Source of the DNA: Podarcis erhardii
Taxonomy: Eukaryota
Assembly (NCBI GenBank): GCA_964252035.1
Contig: OZ176206.1
Strand: one strand, 5' to 3'
DNA: 64,000 nt
The position numbers were made by a program, and so were the translations under genes. The notes under the pieces are model-generated. The model saw only the letters and a list, made by a program, of their open reading frames with translations. It did no database searches and was not told where the DNA came from. How positions within the stretch are numbered: position 1 is the first letter of the stretch; each line of letters begins with the position of its first letter. Shown in pieces: positions 23,788-35,000 of this stretch.

Positions 23788-24039
23788 GAGTGGTAACTTG
23801 GTTTAAGAACAGCTTAGTTTATGAACAACTTGGATTAAGAATGCTGCAAACCCAGAAGTAGGTGTTTTGGTTTGTGAACTTTGCCTTGGAAGCAGAACAT
23901 GTTTCGCTTCCTGTTGAGTATGTTCCATTTGCAAATTGAGTCCCCAGCTACTATGGGAAAGCATGCCTTGGTTTAAGAATGCTTTGGTTTAAGAATGGAC
24001 TTCCGGAACGGATTACGTTCGTAAACCAAGGTACCACTG
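23788..24039. mobile_element. Tc1/mariner MITE, third variant
   Basis: TIRs gagtggtaacttggttt/aaaccaaggtaccactg with TA TSD. Confidence 0.8.
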
Positions 24040-24845
24040 TACTTATAAGGCCAATGACCGTATTTATATCATAAATATCCTGTCATTTATCCACAGGCAG
24101 AGAGGTAGACCCTTGTTTTGATTGTGAATGTTTAGGTTTTTAATGTTTTAATGGGATTCTTCTACTGTGCATTTTAGTTGTGGATGTTGATATGTTTGTG
24201 TAGCTGTCTTTTTTATAACTTATAAATCCCTTAGAATCCTATTTTGGTATGAAGTGATAAATATGTATTATTCTTATTCTTATTAGCATTTGGTTGTCTC
24301 CAATGTTAGATCTAATCAGAGTAGACCCATTGAAGTTAAGGGACATGACTAACTTAGATTTATTCATTTCAGTGAGTCTACTCTGAGTAGCACTTAGTTG
24401 GATGCAACCCATGTATCGTGATTTAGGAGCTAGCGGCAAAAGGCAGAGATGATTCAGAGGGGTGCCATTATTCAGACTGCATTTTTCTAACGTCTCCATT
24501 TTAAAAGAGAACCTGGACAGCTGCTGCTAGTCAGAGCATAAGAACATAGAACTAGCCAGCTGCTGTTATTTATTTTCCGCCCTTCACCCTAATGTCCTAG
24601 GGCATGTCACAACAATTTAAAACAATAACATTAAAAACAGTTTGAAACCATTTACAATCAGAAGAACAGGGTAGGTCCTAAATATATACATCTCAACAGT
24701 ATATTTTTTATGCTAGAAAATGTTTGTAGTATTTTTTTTATAATTTTATCAAATGATATTTTACAGAAATAGAATTATTTTAAAATTCTAAAACTATAAA
24801 TATGTTAATATATTCAATAGTAACGCTGGCTCTGTTTCACCGCAG

Positions 24846-25013
24846 CTACGATGGGACCTCTGACTTGGCCACAGTGGAGTCTTACGATCCCGTCACCAAC
24901 TCGTGGCAGACGGAGGTTTCCATGGGGACCAGGCGGAGCTGTTTAGGGGTGGCAGCACTGCATGGACTCCTCTACGCTGCAGGAGGGTATGACGGAGCCT
25001 CGTGCCTCAACAG
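24846..25013 (+). CDS. KLHL17: KLHL17 exon 8 (168 bp): YDGTSDLATVESYDPVTNSWQTEVSMGTRRSCLGVAALHGLLYAAGGYDGASCLN(S)
   Basis: tttcaccgcag|C ... AACAG|gtaaga; Kelch repeats. Confidence 0.97.
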
Positions 25014-26172
25014 GTAAGAGGGCTTATTGGCTTATTTGCCATTCACCTTGCACCCCTCATTCCCAGAGTGGTTTAACAATCAATCACTCTTCTTAGGAAA
25101 CTCTGGTAGTTGTAGCTTAGTTGGGGGGAATAGGGGATCTCCTGACAACTCGCAGCACCCTTAAACAAACTACAGCACCCAGAATTATTTTGGAGGAAAG
25201 CCATGGCTGTTTAAAGTGGCATCACAGCACTTTAAATGTATGATGTGAATGTGGCCCCGGTGTGATGCAAACCCGTTAAAATTCACGAACAGGGCTAATT
25301 TAGGTCTGCTAATTTCAGGGATTCCACTCTTGAGTAAAACCTAGTTGGATACAACCGAATACAATTGAAATTACAAGTTCCTTACATCTAGGAAAAATGC
25401 CATCTGACCACATTTCTTAAATACTGTAAGAGAATATATGCAGGCAACTCCAACTTATGCACCTTTAACTTCTGCACATTCAGCTTTATGCGCTTGACAA
25501 GAAGATAACAAAAGATTTAAAAGTTGGGGGGCCCTCTGGCAATCCCACCCACCATTGCACCCAATGTATTTTGGCTTTAGGGGTTATCCCCAGAACGTAA
25601 CCTCTGTGTAGGTTGAGAGTTGCCTATGGGTGGATGGTTGGGTTGCATCCAATACTAGTCCTACTCAGTGCCAATCCGTTGAAGTTAATGGACTTGACCA
25701 ATAAGTCCATTAATTTCCACAGATCTACTTTGATTATGACTTGTATATGTATCATCTTAAAAGTTCACATTCCAATAATTAATGGGTAAAGATCCAGTTC
25801 TCAAAAAACTTGTCTACTGCTATTCCGTCCCTCTTTCTGTTTTTTTGTTTTACAATGCATGTTTGGTCACTGTTATGTACTGAAGTTCTCACCCTGGGCC
25901 AGCAGGGGGATACTGTAGATAGTTATGCAAATAAGGGATTGAAAGTGATGTTCAGTGATTGGATAGTTTTAGAAAATTGTTACAGTTACGTTGTACTGGA
26001 GCTCTATATAAGCAGACTGACTGAACCCTTCAGTCCAGTTCTGTTCTGGCTTGTGAATAAACAAGAGCTGTTTGAAGAATCGCTGTGTCGTCTGATATGT
26101 TCACCCACAACTTAACAGTCACCATAACTATTGACCATATTCTACTTATTCCTCTCTCTTGACCTGCCTCAG

Positions 26173-26261
26173 TGCTGAAAGATATGACCCCCTAACAGGC
26201 ACCTGGACATCCATCGCAGCCATGAGCACCAGAAGGAGATACGTCCGCGTGGCAACTCTTG
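26173..26261 (+). CDS. KLHL17: KLHL17 exon 9 (89 bp): AERYDPLTGTWTSIAAMSTRRRYVRVATL(D)
   Basis: gacctgcctcag|T ... CTTG|gtaagt. Too short for the ORF track; read manually. Confidence 0.96.
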
Positions 26262-26876
26262 GTAAGTCTGGCTTAAAAATTAGAGAGAGAGAGAGAGAGA
26301 GAGAGAACACTTGCTGTTTTAAGAACATACCAGAATAACAGGCTTGGCACTTTCCCAAAGCAATTGTATGAAATAGTTTTATCCAGTATGCTGGCCCACT
26401 TTTGTCCTTGGTTCTGCCTTCCAATGGGATGTGGCCCCTGAAAGGCTGCCCAGAAGGGATTGTGGCCCTTGGGTTGAAACCAACCCCTGCTTTGAAGCGC
26501 TAAGCACTACAATAAGTTCCATAGCTGCTTGACGGAGAACCCCAGTTGTGGAATGGCTCCTTTTGGGCTTTCTGTACAGATTTTTTTTGCGTGTGCCATG
26601 CATTCTTCCTTCCGCTCCAGTTTGCTGACCTCCAAGCCCCAGGGACTTCTTAGTCATTCCCCTTCCACTCATGTGTGCTGCCTGCTGTCGTCATGGCACC
26701 ACATGCCTGGCCTGCCACTTGCTCTGCACCTGTCCAAAAAGCAAACTTAATCCTAACAGCAGGCGGCCTTGTTTAGGCTGCTGCCTCGCTCGCACGGAAC
26801 AGTTCAGAAGCTGCCTTGTGAATGTTTAATGTCCCCTTGCACCAGAGGAAGCCTCTGCAAAGTGGCCGGAAGGAAC

Positions 26877-26880
<4 letters not shown>

Positions 26881-26918
<38 letters not shown>
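26881..26918. repeat. (GT)n microsatellite
   Basis: About 19 GT units. An (AG)n tract lies at 26282-26305. Confidence 0.98.
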
Positions 26919-26923
<5 letters not shown>

Positions 26924-27246
26924 CGCTCCATGAGGTAATCTCTTCCCAGAGGAGCCTGCCTTGGCTGCTCAGTCCTTGTGGCCTGGTGTTTTTCTGCACA
27001 CTCATCTTTTCTGTACACTCAAGTGCTCATGCAGCACTTGTTCCAAGGCTTGGAACTGTCATTTACCCCTCACAGAGCTACCACTCCCAGCACCCTTGTC
27101 AAACTACAGTTCCCAAGTTTCTTTGGGGAAAGGCGCGTGCTTCAAATGTATGGATTGAATGTGTGTTTTAGGGTGGGATTCTTGCTTTGCTGCATATTTA
27201 TGCATGGGTTGTACGTGTGTGTGTTTTTCATCTTCTTCTTCTGCAG

Positions 27247-27320
27247 ATGGCAACCTCTATGCTGTTGGGGGATATGATAGTTCATCACACCTGGCAACTG
27301 TGGAAAAATATGAGCCACAG
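27247..27320 (+). CDS. KLHL17: KLHL17 exon 10 (74 bp): GNLYAVGGYDSSSHLATVEKYEPQ
   Basis: ttcttctgcag|AT ... CCACAG|gtaaac. Confidence 0.97.
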
Positions 27321-27589
27321 GTAAACAGGAAGGGGCAAAGCACTGAGGGTTATCGAGAAAAGAGTGGGAAGTTTTGGATATACCGGGGTGGTGATGGAGC
27401 CACTGAGAGTGAGCCGGAAGGAAAATCGGGGGGGGGGGGGCAGGCTGCAAAGATGAATTGCAATGAGAACTTTCGAGCAGCAGGTGACAGAAAGCCCCGC
27501 ACGACTTCTGCCTTCCAGTGTGTGCCTTTACTACTACTACTGCTAATAAGAATAATAAATTTTATTTATACTCCGCTCTCCCCAGCCAA

Positions 27590-27960
27590 GGCCAGGCTCA
27601 GGGCGGCTAACAAGCAACAATCAAAACAAGTTGAATGAATACAACTTAAGAAACAAGATTAAAATACAACATTAAAACGTTAAAATGCAGCCTCATCACA
27701 GGAGGAGAAAGGAAAAAGAAAGAGGGGGAGGGAGTCAAATTGACTCCGCCAGGCGGAACAACTCTGTCTTACAGGCCCTGCGGAAAGAAATCAGATCCTG
27801 CAGGGCCCTGGTCACATGAGACAGAGCGTTCCACCAGGCCGGAGCCAGTGTTGAAAAAGCCCTGGTTCTGGTTGAGGCTAATCTAACTTCCTTAGGGCCC
27901 AGGATCTCTAGGGTGTTGCTATTTATGGACCTTAAGGTCCTCCATGGGGCATATTACCCC
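27590..27960 (-). mobile_element. L2 3'-end fragment
   Basis: L2-type 3' sequence (ttttatataccgc...; acagagcgttccaccagg). Similar L2 3' remnants at about 37745-38065, 44460-44830, 49860-50220 and 57590-57790. Confidence 0.6.
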
Positions 27961-28601
27961 CCAAAGGAGAAAATAACCTATCCATATACTGTACTGTATT
28001 TGTGCGAGTCCATCACCATGCTGGCGATGGGCTGAGCATGCTCCAGGTTGTGGGAAAGATTGGAGACAATGGGTGGCGGGGCTGCAGGTGAGTGAGCTAG
28101 GCTTGTGGTGGGAGGAGGCCCCCAAGCAGGGGGGCAGGTGGCGTGAGAGCAAGAGGGGCAGCGGGCGAGCAAGCAGGGCTTGCAGCAGTGAGCTGAAGAG
28201 GGCAAGTGAGCCATGGGCATAACAGCCAAGCAACATGGGCTTGCAGCAGCAGATCAGGTCAAGCGAGAGGGGCAGCACGTGGAGTGGGGGTAGGGGATTT
28301 GGCAAGCAAAGCAAGCAGGGGAGTCAGCCCCTCATGTGGCTCGTAAGAGCATAAGAAGAACAGTGTCCTAGGCCCATGTAGTCTTGCATCCTGTTAACCT
28401 AGTGGCCAGCCTCTGCGATATCCAAAAGCAGGACCTGAGCACAGCAGCATTTCCCCAATAGTGGCTCCTAGCAGTTGGTATTCAGATGCACCCTGCCTCT
28501 GACAGTGGAGATAGAACATAGCCATTGTTGCTCCAGGTATCTATGTAGTGTGGCTGAGTTATACTTTTAAGTTTTATATGATTGCTCTTTTTAATCTATG
28601 G

Positions 28602-28602
<1 letters not shown>

Positions 28603-28632
<30 letters not shown>

Positions 28633-28640
28633 TGTATGTA
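28603..28640. repeat. (TATG)n microsatellite just upstream of the exon-11 acceptor
   Basis: About 9 units. Confidence 0.97.
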
Positions 28641-28667
28641 TATGTTTCCTTTGCTGTTTCCTGCCAG

Positions 28668-28849
28668 ATCAATACATGGACTCCGATTGCCAACATGCTG
28701 AGCCGCCGCAGCAGTGCCGGCGTGGCTGTTTTGGAAGGGATGCTGTACGTGGCAGGAGGCAATGATGGGACAAGTTGCCTTAACTCGGTGGAGCGCTACA
28801 ATCCAAAAACAAACACTTGGGAAAGTGTGGCACCCATGAACATCCGGAG
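28668..28849 (+). CDS. KLHL17: KLHL17 exon 11 (182 bp): INTWTPIANMLSRRSSAGVAVLEGMLYVAGGNDGTSCLNSVERYNPKTNTWESVAPMNIR(R)
   Basis: tttcctgccag|ATC ... CGGAG|gtaggg. Confidence 0.97.
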
Positions 28850-29229
28850 GTAGGGAGCAGCATATTCCAAAGAGAGGCTGCGGATGAGCTGCAGTGTCAC
28901 AAGCTGCCCCTCAGGGCAGGGATTCCCAAACTGAATGAAGGTTCATGCGCTTCATTCAGGTGGTATGCGACATGCCTGTACAAAATGCAATTAAAAATCA
29001 TCTTGAGCAGCGTACTGCAGTTGCTACGGCAGGCAGAAAAAGTCAGTAAGTGCTCTGTCAAGACCCTCAACAATGTTCAAGTGAACGTAATAACAGCTCA
29101 CTGGCTCAGGCCAATCTAGTCTATTATCCAGTCCTCAAAGTTGCCAACCAGGTGCCTGTTATGTGAAACCCACAAGCAGGACCAGAGCACAAGAGCCCTC
29201 TCCCCTCCTGCAGTTTCTGGCATCTGGTA

Positions 29230-29471
29230 CAGTGGTACCTCAGGTTACATATGCTTCAGGTTACATATGCTTCAGGTTACAGACTCCGCTAACCCAGAAA
29301 TAGTGTTTCAGGTTAAGAACTTTGCTTCAGGATGAGACCAGAAATTGTGCTCCGGCAGCACAGCAGCAGCAGGAGGCCCCATTAGCTAAAGTGGTGCTTC
29401 AGGTTAAGAACAGTTTCAGGTTAAGTATGGACCTCCGGAACGAATTAAGTACTTAACCCGAGGTACCGCTG
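29230..29471. mobile_element. Tc1/mariner MITE inserted at a TA within a CR1 fragment (about 29100-29900, minus)
   Basis: catctggTA[cagtggtacc...ggtaccgctg]TAttcagaagcat reconstitutes the CR1 motif ctggtattcaga. Confidence 0.88.
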
Positions 29472-30040
29472 TATTCAGAAGCATCACTGCATCTGACTAT
29501 TGAGGCAGAGCACAGGCATCAGCAATTGCAGCCATTCATCGCCCTCTCCTCCCTGCATTTGTCTAATCCTCTTTTAAAGCCATCTAGGTTGGTGGCCATC
29601 ATTGACTCCTGTGACATAGTTTAACCATGAGCTGTGTGACAAAATGCTTTTTTATCTGTCCTGAAACTTCCAACATTCAGCTTCATTGGACGTCCACAAG
29701 TTCTAGTGTGGTGAGAGAGGGCGGAAAACTTTTCTCTGTGCCTTCTCCATACCATGTGTCATTTCACCAGCTTCTGTCACGTCTCCTCTTGCTCACCATT
29801 TTATAAAAATTCAAAAGTCCCAGCAGCTGCGACCTTTCTTCATACGGGAGTCGCTCCACCCCTTTGATCATTTCAGTCACTCTTTTCTAAATATTTTGCA
29901 ACTCTACAAGTGGTCCGTGCAGAAAAAAGTCAGGGGACGTGATGACCAGATTCCTAGTTGTGAGCCCTAGCATAAAACAAGAAGAGTGGCAAGCCATGTT
30001 TGGTCATCTGCTGTTGGTTTCCTGTGTACAAATTAAATCC

Positions 30041-30058
30041 GGTGCCACCTAGTGGCCA
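30041..30058 (-). promoter_or_regulatory. Consensus CTCF motif
   Basis: Minus strand reads TGGCCACTAGGTGGCACC, a full match to the core CCASYAGRKGGCR. Confidence 0.6.
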
Positions 30059-30119
30059 AATTGCAGAATGACACTATCCACGCAGCTGGTAACCTATTGG
30101 TTTGACTTTCTCTCCTCAG

Positions 30120-30348
30120 GAGCACCCATGATTTGGTGGCTATGGACGGGTGGCTATATGCAGTGGGAGGCAACGATGGCAGCTCCAGCCTCAACTCCAT
30201 CGAGAAGTACAACCCACGCACCAACAAGTGGGTGGCGGCTTCGTGCATGTTCACCCGCCGCAGCAGCGTGGGCGTGGCTGTGCTGGAACTCCTCAACTTC
30301 CCACCCCCTTCCTCCCCTACCCTATCGGTGTCCTCGACGAGTCTTTGA
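30120..30348 (+). CDS. KLHL17: KLHL17 last coding exon (229 bp incl. TGA): STHDLVAMDGWLYAVGGND...SPTLSVSSTSL*
   Basis: ttctctcctcag|G; stop TGA at 30346-30348. Confidence 0.97.
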
Positions 30349-30726
30349 CAAAGAGTCCGGTCGCACCTTGCCTCGAGGGGACTGCAGCATCTGTCGGAGT
30401 GCAAAGCCAGCCTGGCCTGACCCCTGCGGCAGCCATTCTTTGTGAAGAAAGAGAGTGATGAAGGCGTTGATGCTGCGTCCATACATTTTTAGTAATAACT
30501 TTCTGAGGGGGCCATTTCTGGTTCTTGTGGTGGAGCTCCAAATGGGGATTTAGACCACACTTCTTTAAGAAAGAAAAGAGAAAGAAAGACACACCAAGAG
30601 CCCCTCCTGGTTTTCACCATCTCTTTCATCATCACCTGACTGGTTCTGCCTGGTCCTGTCAAGACCGGACTCAATAATCTCCTACTTCCATGTTTGGACA
30701 TGACTTCTGGTTCCACCTCCTGCAAT

Positions 30727-30917
30727 NNNNNNNNNNNNNNNNNNNNNNNNNNNNNNNNNNNNNNNNNNNNNNNNNNNNNNNNNNNNNNNNNNNNNNNNNN
30801 NNNNNNNNNNNNNNNNNNNNNNNNNNNNNNNNNNNNNNNNNNNNNNNNNNNNNNNNNNNNNNNNNNNNNNNNNNNNNNNNNNNNNNNNNNNNNNNNNNNN
30901 NNNNNNNNNNNNNNNNN
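30727..30917. other. Assembly gap (191 N) just downstream of the KLHL17 stop codon
   Basis: Run of N. Confidence 1.
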
Positions 30918-31083
30918 GCAGGCAGGAGGATCACTTGTTTCGGTTACACCAACAGCTGAATGTAAGCTGTGAATGTCACAATTAGCCAAAACTTCTTACC
31001 AAGCCTATAGCGTACTCTTACAGATTCGTGAGGTGATGCACTTATTTCTCTCACACTGGTGTCTATTGAAAGGGATGCCTTAA

Positions 31084-31099
31084 AATAAAAAAAAATAAA
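31084..31099 (+). terminator. Candidate proximal polyadenylation signals of KLHL17 (two AATAAA)
   Basis: AATAAA at 31084-31089 and 31094-31099, about 740 bp after the stop. A distal tandem AATAAAATAAA lies at 33506-33516. Confidence 0.35.
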
Positions 31100-31500
31100 A
31101 CAGGGCTGGAGGGAAGATGGCTGCAACACAAGCCCTCTTAACATGTTCAGTGGTCCCTCGCTCTGTCAGCCTGGTTATGTGCCACCACTTCTGACGTTCT
31201 CCTGCCCTCTTCAGTGGCATGGGTTTTGGGCCATCCGCCAATGTGCTGGCTCTGCTGTTTTGATTCCTCAACCCCACTTCCCAAAAATAATTAGGAAGAA
31301 GCTAGCCCGACAACGGTGCTCTGGGATTGTACTTAGGGAGAATGAAGGAACTTTTAACAGGGTGGAGCAAGGTTACGAGACTGTGTTCATATTATTCTGT
31401 ATTTGTTAACTTTCAATTTTTGACGCTTGCGTTTCTAAAGTTCTTTAAGTTTTTTTTTTTTTGTTTCATTTCCCGCACACCTGGTTTTCTGCACTCCATG

Positions 31501-31530
31501 TTATTTATTTATTTATTTATTTATTTATTT
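31501..31530. repeat. (TTTA)n microsatellite
   Basis: ttatttatttatttatttatttatttattt. Confidence 0.97.
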
Positions 31531-31752
31531 GCCCTATTCTTTCTTCCTTTTTTTAAAAAAAAGTTGGACAGTTGCCAAAAGGGAGGAGGAGCCAGGTGAT
31601 GATAACGTATGTTTTTTGTCAAATAGAGAGTAAGTGCAATCCGTGGGATGGAGGAGGCAGCTGAAGGGTGGGTTGGTATAAAGATATCATTGAAATGAAT
31701 GGGGGCTGCCCAGCCTTCCCATTGAGAGGGCAGAGAGATGTTCAATTGCCCT

Positions 31753-32075
31753 CTCTTCAAATACCTCTCATGCATTCAAGAGCAGCATTGCCCAAGTCCC
31801 TCCCACTTCAGGATGGTACTTCTTCAAATTCTGCTCATTTCAGGGTGGTGTTGGACAACCGCCATTCATTCCACACGCTCAGTGTGCAATAGCTCTTCAA
31901 ATTATGTTCATTTCTGGGTACTATGGTGCAACGGTCATTCATTTCAGACTGGCATGTGGCAATAGCTCTTCAAATTCCGCTTATTTCGGGGTCCTGTTGT
32001 GCCGCGGCCACTCATTTCACAGTATGGTTGTACAGTTCATGTTCAGATCCTGCTCATTTCAGAGCGCTATTGTAC
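31753..32075. repeat. Degenerate tandem array, 73-bp period (about 4.5 units)
   Basis: The anchor (c)tcttcaaat recurs at 31753, 31820, 31893, 31966 and 32039 (variant atgttcagat), giving spacings of 67/73/73/73. Confidence 0.85.
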
Positions 32076-35000
32076 ACTGTTCAGTTAATTTCAGTTGAAG
32101 TCCCTACAGTCGTCACCTAACTTCATTTCTATTTTTGCTTGAGCAGTGCTAAACGTAGGAAGAATTCCTCATAGACTGTGATTTGTGTGATGTGACTTGG
32201 AAGGATTGCCTTTGGAAAAGCTTGCATCGACTACATGTGTGTGACAGAGAAAGCGTGCAATTCTTTTCTTTATTTTTTTAATGCCACATTCATATATGAA
32301 GAACTTGCACTGAAAAGGCCACTGACATACCACTGGAGCATAACAAACATTTTGAGTAGCATCTGTACTGTAAACTTGAACAGTGCCCTTGTTTGGAGAC
32401 CCACCTACACCATGAAAACATCTCTTATGGAGGAAAGAGTTTGCTTTTAAGATAACATTTCACTGCATTATACACTATCCTCTTAATGTGATTTGTGTGC
32501 AGCTCAAGAGCTTGGGAACGGGGTGAGACTGGAGCTTCGAGACGACCCATCCCAAGACATCCATTGCAACGGATGAAGTTCTTGTACCTCAGTAACCTCT
32601 GGACTCTATTCTGCAACTGTGGCCTAATTGATCTCACTAAAGACTTTTGGTTTTATTTTTATTTTATATACCCTCCTATCTGATCTCTTGTTCGTTTGGG
32701 CCCCCCCCCCCATTTCTTCCTTTTCTCTCTCTCCATATCCTTCCACCAGATCAATCTGCTGTGGCAATAACAGGCTAGGCCTTTACAAAGACAACTGGTG
32801 GGCTCTTGGCTGGCTCACGTTATGATAGGCCTGCCCTGCTCCTTGCACAGTGTGTGGCTGCATTGAAGGGTTAATTAATCTACAATAGACATTCAGGCTT
32901 GGTTTCTTTGGCCACTGGAGTGGGCTTCCGAATCTTTTTAGGGTAACAGGGAGTTGTATCTTAGATAAGAGTGGGTATTTCCCTTGGCCTAGTGTTGGTA
33001 ATGGGAGACAAGAACTTTTGCAGAGAGTGGAACCTGAGTCATATTTGTGCCATACATTTAAAGCGGATTTAATGCACATTTAAAGTTCATGGTTTCTCCC
33101 TTCCTAAAGAATCCTAGTAATGGTAGTTTAGGGGTGCTGGGACTTCTAGCTCTGTAAACTGCAGTTCCATGGATTCTTTAGGGAAACGCCATGTGCTTTA
33201 AATGTGCATTTAAACATGCTTTAACCAAAGAGCACCCAGCCTGGCTTAGTGAGCTCGTGCCAAACCTTTTTGTGCAGGGATAGGACCAGCTCATGGTCCT
33301 ATTGCTTACCAACAGCACTGCATAGGTAACTTAATGGGAACATTTATGTCCATAAAGTTGCATGTGCTATTGTTTTTCCTGGAAAGTGCAGCTTCTGATA
33401 CGCTTAGCCCTTCATACAGACACACCGGTTGCATGGAACAGCAAGTGGGGAGCATGTTTTGAACGGGGTGGGGGTGGGGAGTTACTTCTAAAAGTACCTT
33501 TTCGAAATAAAATAAAGTTGAGCACGCAGAATAAACAATCTCTCCACCAGTAAGCTTTGCCAGGGCTTTGCCAGTTGCAATACATTTTAGGGCAGGAATG
33601 AGGAAGCTTTGGTGCTCCAGATGTTGTTGTGAACTACAATTCCCATCAGCCCCAGCAAGCATGGCCATCAGCTGAGGATGGTGGGAGTTGTAGCTCAGCA
33701 ACAACTGCAGGGTCAAAGGTTTTCCACACCTGTTTTAGGAGAAGATACACAATTATTATTTTTCTATCAGTGCCTTCAGTTCCTTTTTGATTGTTGGTGG
33801 TTGGGGCAAGTTGGTCACCTTCTGTCATCATCTGCTTGTTTTTTATGTGTATATACTTTACTTGCCTCTGGTGGCATGGGACACATGACATGCCTTTGCT
33901 GGAAGAGGTAGGTAACACTTGCTGCTCTTGGGTGGCAGGTTGCAAAGGGGCGGTTCTGATGTGATATTCAAGGTTTCTCCTTGCAGTACAAAGATCTAGA
34001 GTTCTTCATCAGTCTGTACTACTGGCAGGGACCAGCCTAGTCCACAGTTTGTCTTCTTTTTAGGGAAGGTGTACCTGTCTTTTACTCTGGCCGTTTCCTG
34101 TATTCCTGGTTGTGAGCCACAGCATAATGCAAGAAGAGTGGCAAGCCATCATCTAGATCCACAAAGCATCTGTTTTGAAGAAACTTCTCCTGTAGCCTGG
34201 GGGTGCATCCCCTTTGAACAATGTTCTGTTGAAATGTGTCATCTGCACACCTCACTTGTGGAAGGTGCTCTTTTGGGGTTGCCTATGAGCAACACTGATG
34301 GATGCCCCATTTTGACGAAAAAGTTTTTGCAGGGGAATTGCTCCTCAAGTTACCCTGCTAATGCACACCCTGTTGTATTGGAACTAGGCTGGACATCTTG
34401 ATTTGCACGGGTGACAGGGAGAGAGACTGATGTCCACTTCTTGATGTCCTTGAGTTTAAAAGGAGCCACTGATCATTGGAAGAGAGCATCTAAATCCATC
34501 TGGCCCAAAGTGACACCGAGAGATGGAAGAAAGAAGCTTAGGCAATTGTGAACTCTGAACAATGGAGAGAGAGAGTGACTGTGGGCTTGATAAGCAAAAC
34601 TGTGAAGCAGAAGTACCTTTTATGGCCATGGGGGGGGGGAGTCATCCATCGCCTCTCTTATGTCTGTCTGGTTTTCTTTAGCCATTTCTTAATCCAACCC
34701 CACAACTGACTAACCCAAAATGACTAATCTTAACATGACTTTTGAAGTGCTTTTTGTCCAGAGTATGTTATTGTCCAGCACAGGCCTGCTGCCTTTTGAG
34801 GACGTTTCTTTATCCAGAGTTGAGCATGTATTGTCCAAAGACCGTAGCAACTGACTTGAGGAGGGAGGGAGGAGATTAAGCCTGGCACTCCTCTGCTCCC
34901 TAACAACAATCTGGAAATACTGGGTTGTGTCCAGCGCTCGTCCTGCTCAGAGTCAGACCCGTCGAAATTAAAGGGCATGGCAAACTTCAGTGTGTTAATT

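Larger units (their letters stand above)
13186..30348 (+). other. KLHL17: KLHL17 (kelch-like 17 / actinfilin) gene, spliced coding span; 11 exons resolved, upstream first exon not identified
   Basis: The exons below join in frame: 1773 nt from ATG 13235 to TGA 30348 = 590 aa. The protein has a BTB domain (CDIVLHV...AHKVVLASCSPYFHAMF), a BACK domain ([14 protein letters not shown]), six Kelch repeats (LYAVGGYD/GGND) and the C-terminus ELLNFPPPSSPTLSVSSTSL. Exon sizes match my recollection of human KLHL17. Confidence 0.97.

Noticed and set aside
28060-28330. G-rich stretch with short internal repeats (gggcttgcagcag, gaggggcagc)
   Set aside because: No regular period or coding signal; most likely the low-complexity interior of a TE.
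30489-30989. ORFs spanning the N run
   Set aside because: Artefacts of translating through the assembly gap.
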